From Candidatus Hydrogenedens sp. (GTDB lineage Bacteria > Hydrogenedentota > Hydrogenedentia > Hydrogenedentales > Hydrogenedentaceae), in the NCBI GenBank assembly GCA_049968235.1, contig JBMFRC010000003.1:64001-128000 (forward strand): 64,000 nt of DNA, in the 5' to 3' direction. Below are positions 58,660 through 64,000 of the stretch, in pieces. Within the stretch, counting starts at the first letter, position 1, and every line of letters begins with the position of its first letter. The notes beneath the pieces were generated by a model. The model was not told the origin of the DNA and searched no databases. It was given only the letters and a program-made list of their open reading frames with translations. The position numbers and the translations under genes were made by a program.

Positions 58660-58889
58660 TATGGGGGAACTCCTTGAAAAAAATAATGCAGATAATTATA
58701 TTACAAAAACGCAACTTCTTTCAAACCTGCTCATATCGTTATATCTGCCCACTCTTGTCTCTTCATATTTCCTCTTTCAGTTTTAGATACAACACCTCTG
58801 ATTTTTATTATTTAAAACTCTTCTGGCATAATGTTAGTCAAATCAAAAAGTTATCCATAAATAATATAATTGTGATAGGGATTTTTAGT

Positions 58890-59378
58890 ATGTCAAAACG
58901 AATTGCTTTGTATGCGGGTAGTTTTGACCCACCTACCTTAGGACATATCGATTTGGTGTATCGAGCCCGCCGTATTTTTGACCGCGTTATTGTTGCTGTT
59001 GCTGTCAATGAAGCAAAGACCTCTTTATTTACCGTTGAGGAACGAATACAGATGTTAGAGGAGGAATTAAACTGCACCCCGGATATTGAAGTTACAAGTT
59101 TTATTGGTTTATCTGTAGAGTTTGCTAAAAAATGCGGGGCACAAGCACTGATTCGTGGGTTGCGGGTTGTTTCCGATTTCGAATTTGAGTTAAGTCTGGC
59201 AATAAATAACCAAAAGTTGGACCCAAGTATTGATACCGTTTGCCTGATGCCCAGTGAACCGTATTTGTTTTTAAGTTCGCGTCAGGTTAAAGAAATTGTC
59301 CGTTTTGGTGGAAGTGTTTCGCATTATGTATCACCAAAAATAGAAAAGAAACTGCGAGAACGCCTGCTTAACCCGTGA
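58890..59378 (+). CDS. coaD: phosphopantetheine adenylyltransferase
   Basis: MSKRIALYAGSFDPPTLGHIDLV (T/HxGH motif); 162 aa; the track ORF's N-terminal extension is rejected. Confidence 0.9.
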   Translation: MSKRIALYAGSFDPPTLGHIDLVYRARRIFDRVIVAVAVNEAKTSLFTVEERIQMLEEELNCTPDIEVTSFIGLSVEFAKKCGAQALIRGLRVVSDFEFELSLAINNQKLDPSIDTVCLMPSEPYLFLSSRQVKEIVRFGGSVSHYVSPKIEKKLRERLLNP

Positions 59379-59392
59379 ATCAGTATTTTTTC

Positions 59393-62300
59393 TTACTTTA
59401 CTTTTAAATTCCTGTCAAGCCATGTAAAAACTTCTTCCTGCATTTCCTGATTAAATTCATGAGGGACATCCCAGATTTTTGTATGCAGGTTTTCGGACTT
59501 TCCTTGAGCCTGCCAAACTTTTCTCATAATTTTGTAGGCTTCTTCTACACCATCCAATGGGAATAAAGTATCTTTCATACCATTGAAAAATAACATGGGT
59601 CGCGGACATGCTAAACTGGCAATATCCGGAATATCCAGATACAAATACAGGTTCGGTGCTAACATTGAATAAGCGGATTGTCCGCGTGTCTGATTATTAT
59701 CAGGAACCATTAAAGACGGTGTTGTAGCCATCCAGCAGATAGCACAGCCTGCTCTAATATCATCCGATAAGGCACTGAGCATCCATGTACGATGTGCACC
59801 CATAGAAAGACCTACAGCACCAATATGCTCACCATCTACCTCCGGCAGACTTTTTAAATATTCCACAGAACGAATATCATCCCAGGTGATAATACCCAGC
59901 CATGATGTCCCCAAATGAAAAATATTCGACCCTAATTGCTGTTGATGGTCATATTGACTACCTTCACATTCCTGTCGGGCACCCCAGAACAAGGCATCAA
60001 TCGCCAGAACGACATATCCACGCTTTGCAAGTTCATCGCCAATAAACCTGCCCCCGTAATACTTATTTACCCAGTTCACGGCATCATCAACAACCGCATT
60101 ATTTTCCGCAATAGGTCGAACAACTTTCTCTTTCCCGATGCTGAAATGAGCCCCATGGTCATGCAAACACACAACCGCAGGGAAGGGAGGTGTCCCTTTA
60201 GGAATTAGTAGATACGCCGGGATTCGCTCCCATTCGGATATATTCAAAACCACTTTCCGTGCCACATAAGTATCCCTATCCTCCTCGATAATCCATTCCG
60301 GTCTAAAAAAAGTAAATGGCGGTGGAACCCCCAAACATTCAAAGATCTTTTTTCGACTTTCCTTCTTCCACTCTTCGAAGTTAGCAAACTTTTCCTGGTC
60401 ATAACGAAACGCAGGGACATAACTCTTTAGCCAGTCTGGGGTAAATTTAGGAAGTGTCTTCTCGATGGAACAGTTTTTACCTGTTTCAATATTCATTTCT
60501 GTTTCCGGTATTGCCAGTCGCATCAATACTGTCCGTAATTCAGGATGGGAAATAGTTAAAATGTGTTCTGCAGTTCTGTGTTTCAGATAGTAATCCAGAA
60601 CCGTTGCAAAGAAAACTACTCCTTCCGGAGGCAGGACATCTGAGCAGGAAATATTTCCTTCTGTGTAATCCCTTGAATAATCCCGCTCCTCAAAAGTTTT
60701 GTATATTTCTTCCAGACTCTTTCCGTATTCTACCTTACCTGTTGCATATTCCCAGGGATTTATACTATTTAACGCACATGGGTTATGTATTAAACTTGCA
60801 ACCCGTGCTTGTAAAACCGTTTCAATTCTATCCAAACATAAGTCAAAGTAGGGCGATTTCCCTTTCAATACTACACAAGCATTTGCCAGTTGCTGTGCAT
60901 GCTCAATTCCTTGTCCAATAAATGTGAGTGGTGACCGCGGATGAGGATAACGCCAACCCCCAACAGGGTCTCCACTTTCTGCAATAAACTTTGCAACTGA
61001 CTCTATTGTTTCGTATAAGCGGGGTTCGTCTGGAAATTCCTTATACAGTTCTGGCAACCCCTGTAAAGCATAGCCCAAAATATACGGTTTCGGGAAGGGG
61101 TATTTGTATCCTGTTTGGTCATTTTGAATAAATGGCACTTCATTTATTAATGGTTCGCCTCCCTGAGAGAATAAATGATTATCACATAACTTTTCCCGTA
61201 ATTCACGGAACAATCGTAAGGCATGTTGTGCATATTCCTGTTTTCCTAAAGCATGGTATAGAACCATAAAATCTTTTACTACTCCTACATTTCGACATTC
61301 CCCTGTATTGGCATGAACATTCTGTTTTGCATATTCAATTTGCCATTTCAAACCACACGCGTAAAAAGGGTCGCCTGTCTCTTCGTATGCAAAAAGTAAA
61401 TTATTAAAACCTTTTGTACAGAAAGTAACAGAGTCATTGGAACGCCACATAAAGGTATTATCATCCTCATGTATTTTGGGGTCTCTTCCTCGAATATTGT
61501 TATAACGCGTTCCTCCGAAATTCGATTTTTCTAACTCACCCCACCATATTGATAACTGCGTATAATTCTGACACCAAAGTAGGAATGTTTTTCGTATTTC
61601 CGGGTCTGCTGTTCGTAGGGCTTCGTAGAATATCTCCGTATTATGATTCAATCGGTTCATTCCAAAAACAGAGTTTACAGGCATGGTAGATAGATTTCCG
61701 AAATCATCTCCATAGAGCCTGGGTATTGCCATAGCGTTCCTGTGCCAGCGAACAATTTCTCTCAACACTTCATTCTCAGGTTCCGGACATTCTTCACAAT
61801 GATATGTAGATTTCCACAGCGAAAATGGGACATGGCATATTACAGGCGGTTCCAATAACTCGTTCCATACGGGCAAATCCGAAGGACCCATATACAAACA
61901 TGCAGTACGCCATGCCATCGGTTGGTGTGGAACTTTATCCGTTTCACGACTTCGTAAGTAAGTAATTTTCCAGCCATTGGAAGTAGGTTCGCCGTGAACA
62001 GCACCTTTTCGCCAGTTTATAGCATCTGGAAAGCATAATTTTTTACCTGTTTGCATCTGAAATGAAATGCTTTTCCCTTCCTTTAATTCATGTTCAAAGG
62101 AATTCTCCAGTTGTGTAATGCTATCCCCGATTATCTTTGATATATTCCCCGCACCTTCGATATCCAGGCCAAATTCCGGAGCATAGCCATCTTCCTTTGC
62201 ACATCGTTGTAAAAATAGGCGCACGGCAAATTGCCCCTCTGCATTTGCTCGCAATTCAACAATTTTAGGATACATCGCATCCCACTGTAGCCAGCGGACC

Positions 62301-62908
62301 CATAAATATTGATTTCCTTGCTCTATTATTTCCTGTTTCACTTCCCCATTATTTGTTATCGGCCAAATTAACATTATTTTTAATGACTTATCTTTATCAT
62401 TAGAAACGATGATTTGCTTTCCATCATATTGAAAGGAATTACCACCTATTTGTAGGGAATGAGTATTATCCTCTTCCTGTAAAACGGGTTTATCACAAAC
62501 AACAATGTATCGATTCTCTTTCCCTTCAAAATTATCTACAAATGTAAGCAATGCCCTGCGAACATAACCTTCTCCACCTCCATAGGTAGTGAGGACACGA
62601 CAATCCGCAAAAATATTTGTTCCTTGCGATTGTAATACTACCCTTTTACGCTCCTTCATCTTACCATACGGAAAAGGAACTGATACACGAACAAATTGAC
62701 GAGATGGATTATTTACCTTTATGGTAAATTTCACATCATCATTGCTCTTTTCACCTTGGGGGACTATTTCTCCTGAGGGCAAAGGCTCAAATAGAAATTT
62801 TTGGAACCACAATTCCTTTGTTTGTCCCATTTCATCTGCCATAGATAAAGAGGTATAGCCGATAAAAAATAGAAATACAACGCAAATAAACTGTTTTGCT
62901 GGAATCAT
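59393..62908 (-). CDS. large secreted multidomain protein with C-terminal alpha/beta-hydrolase (esterase/dienelactone hydrolase-like) domain
   Basis: Signal peptide MIPAKQFICVVFLFFIGYTSLSMA; GxSxG = GLSMGA with downstream Asp/His (DTLFP...HEFN). Confidence 0.7.
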   Translation of the reverse strand: MIPAKQFICVVFLFFIGYTSLSMADEMGQTKELWFQKFLFEPLPSGEIVPQGEKSNDDVKFTIKVNNPSRQFVRVSVPFPYGKMKERKRVVLQSQGTNIFADCRVLTTYGGGEGYVRRALLTFVDNFEGKENRYIVVCDKPVLQEEDNTHSLQIGGNSFQYDGKQIIVSNDKDKSLKIMLIWPITNNGEVKQEIIEQGNQYLWVRWLQWDAMYPKIVELRANAEGQFAVRLFLQRCAKEDGYAPEFGLDIEGAGNISKIIGDSITQLENSFEHELKEGKSISFQMQTGKKLCFPDAINWRKGAVHGEPTSNGWKITYLRSRETDKVPHQPMAWRTACLYMGPSDLPVWNELLEPPVICHVPFSLWKSTYHCEECPEPENEVLREIVRWHRNAMAIPRLYGDDFGNLSTMPVNSVFGMNRLNHNTEIFYEALRTADPEIRKTFLLWCQNYTQLSIWWGELEKSNFGGTRYNNIRGRDPKIHEDDNTFMWRSNDSVTFCTKGFNNLLFAYEETGDPFYACGLKWQIEYAKQNVHANTGECRNVGVVKDFMVLYHALGKQEYAQHALRLFRELREKLCDNHLFSQGGEPLINEVPFIQNDQTGYKYPFPKPYILGYALQGLPELYKEFPDEPRLYETIESVAKFIAESGDPVGGWRYPHPRSPLTFIGQGIEHAQQLANACVVLKGKSPYFDLCLDRIETVLQARVASLIHNPCALNSINPWEYATGKVEYGKSLEEIYKTFEERDYSRDYTEGNISCSDVLPPEGVVFFATVLDYYLKHRTAEHILTISHPELRTVLMRLAIPETEMNIETGKNCSIEKTLPKFTPDWLKSYVPAFRYDQEKFANFEEWKKESRKKIFECLGVPPPFTFFRPEWIIEEDRDTYVARKVVLNISEWERIPAYLLIPKGTPPFPAVVCLHDHGAHFSIGKEKVVRPIAENNAVVDDAVNWVNKYYGGRFIGDELAKRGYVVLAIDALFWGARQECEGSQYDHQQQLGSNIFHLGTSWLGIITWDDIRSVEYLKSLPEVDGEHIGAVGLSMGAHRTWMLSALSDDIRAGCAICWMATTPSLMVPDNNQTRGQSAYSMLAPNLYLYLDIPDIASLACPRPMLFFNGMKDTLFPLDGVEEAYKIMRKVWQAQGKSENLHTKIWDVPHEFNQEMQEEVFTWLDRNLKVK

Positions 62909-63059
62909 CGTATTAATTCCTTTCCTTGTCTTTTCTTTTTATACTATCACACTACCATCGGAGAAAAAGCAACCCTATAGGTCCTGTTTAACCTGTTGTC
63001 GTACTTGACAGATACTAAAACTTGTGCTATAATTACTTATTGTATTACTTTGTAATACT

Positions 63060-63395
63060 ATGTGGATACCCTATATGAACCTCGAAAAAATACGAAGATA
63101 CATACACCGAACTCTCAATTGTGCCTTTATTTTAATACTGTGTATCTCTGTTTTTGCACCGTTTCTTCTGCATCATCACCATATCTATTTCTGTTGCAAT
63201 GAACCTGAGTTAGGTTATTCGGAAGAATTCTGTCCTATTTGTTGGTTTGTTCTGCAACTCAATACCTTTGCATTTTGGGTTATAATTTTCACCTTTGTTT
63301 TATCAATTACAATTGTTGTTCGGATTGAAAAAAATCCCCTATTTTTCTCCTGTCTATCTTTATACCTTTCCCGGGCTCCCCCTTTAACTATCTAA
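63060..63395 (+). CDS. small hydrophobic membrane protein, hypothetical
   Basis: Two predicted TM segments; His-rich [11 protein letters not shown]; no homology recognised. Confidence 0.3.
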   Translation: MWIPYMNLEKIRRYIHRTLNCAFILILCISVFAPFLLHHHHIYFCCNEPELGYSEEFCPICWFVLQLNTFAFWVIIFTFVLSITIVVRIEKNPLFFSCLSLYLSRAPPLTI

Positions 63396-63505
63396 TTTTT
63401 TAATAGACACCTTTTTTATTTTTTCTTTTTATTCTCATTACTTTTTACGAATTACTAAGTTTTCATTGATTAATAAACTTGTCTTAATAAAAGGAGAATC
63501 TACCA

Positions 63506-64000
63506 TGAAAAAATCAGGTTTTACACTTATAGAATTGCTTGTAGTTATAGCCATTATTGGTATTCTTGCGGCAATATTATTGCCAGCATTAGCACGGGCA
63601 CGGGAATCAGCACGACGCTCATCTTGTGCGAATAACTTAAAACAGTTAGGTCTAGCTTTGAAAATGTATGCAAATGAAGCAAAAGGAGAACGCTTTCCAC
63701 CTATTAAATCCACGAATTGTGATGGAAGTCCAACCATAGGTCTCGCCACAATAGTGGATATGGAGACGATGTATCCGGAGTACTTGAATGATTTTCAAGT
63801 TCTGGTTTGTCCAAGTTCGCCATTTGCAGGTCCGGCTTTGCAGTTATGGGATGAAGGAAAAAATCCTGCAACTACTTATGAAGAAGCATTGGCGGAAGGG
63901 CACATGCGACTTAATGGTGTTTCTATCCATGGCAATGGGATTATTGAACCCTGTGAAGTGTATGAACATCCGTATGCATATTTTGGCTGGGCTATCAACC
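63506..64000 (+). CDS. second DUF1559/prepilin-type N-terminal domain protein (3' end beyond window)
   Basis: SD AAAGGAG; [47 protein letters not shown] is almost identical in protein to the N-terminus of the 23930 gene, but divergent at synonymous sites. Confidence 0.8.

Noticed and set aside
58653-58889. N-terminal 79-aa extension of coaD ORF
   Set aside because: CoaD consensus begins at MSKRIALYAGSFDPPT (58890); the upstream part is AT-rich promoter DNA.

Overview
64 kb of a low-GC Gram-negative chromosome. LpxA, LpxB, KdsB, ExbB/ExbD and DUF1559 H-X9-DG pilin-like proteins together point to a PVC-type lineage. It is mostly housekeeping genes: polA, rho, pyrG, ndk, coaD, cydAB, araB, lpxA/lpxB, kdsB, comEC, and tRNA-Gly/tRNA-Lys. 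Three accessory regions stand out.

(1) 0.2–7.0 kb, minus strand. Four tandem paralogous small ORFs (39–66 aa) share a conserved N-terminal K-[HR]-I-[QR]-x-[LI]-T motif, a hypervariable hydrophobic middle, and three of them end in Ser/Thr homopolymer tails. Two of the four are missing from the ORF track, and one is hidden out of frame inside a listed ORF. Directly downstream are two RimL-like GNAT acetyltransferases, a CPBP (Abi) intramembrane protease, an ABC ATPase and an ABC-2 permease; a GLUG/PASTA/dockerin-like surface protein lies upstream. This looks like a modified-peptide or bacteriocin-like export locus of an undescribed type, and it is the best candidate for a new system.

(2) 45.2–50.7 kb. 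A compositionally distinct, tightly packed, SD-rich operon of phage-head-like genes (portal-like, capsid-like, DUF2190-like, an M15 peptidase and a holin-like protein) that unusually includes a LigD-3'-phosphoesterase-like protein. It is closed by an intrinsic terminator. An orphan terminase large-subunit gene plus a 3D-domain lipoprotein sit 23 kb away at 20.9–23.4 kb. That spacing suggests a dispersed phage-derived (GTA-like or remnant) element rather than an intact prophage.

(3) 27.6–34.7 kb. An ExbB–ExbD–TPR operon whose TonB-position protein (TM + Pro/Glu-rich linker) carries a vWA domain instead of a TonB C-terminal domain. A GHMP sugar kinase follows with a 4-nt overlap.

Other points: a PLD/HKD gene split by a frameshift in an A8 tract; a perfect consensus sigma70 promoter before a pilin-like gene; a GspE/PilB ATPase with MshEN c-di-GMP-type motifs next to an HDOD protein; and an unlisted 30-aa bS22-like basic ORF. 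No CRISPR array, rRNA or integrase was seen.
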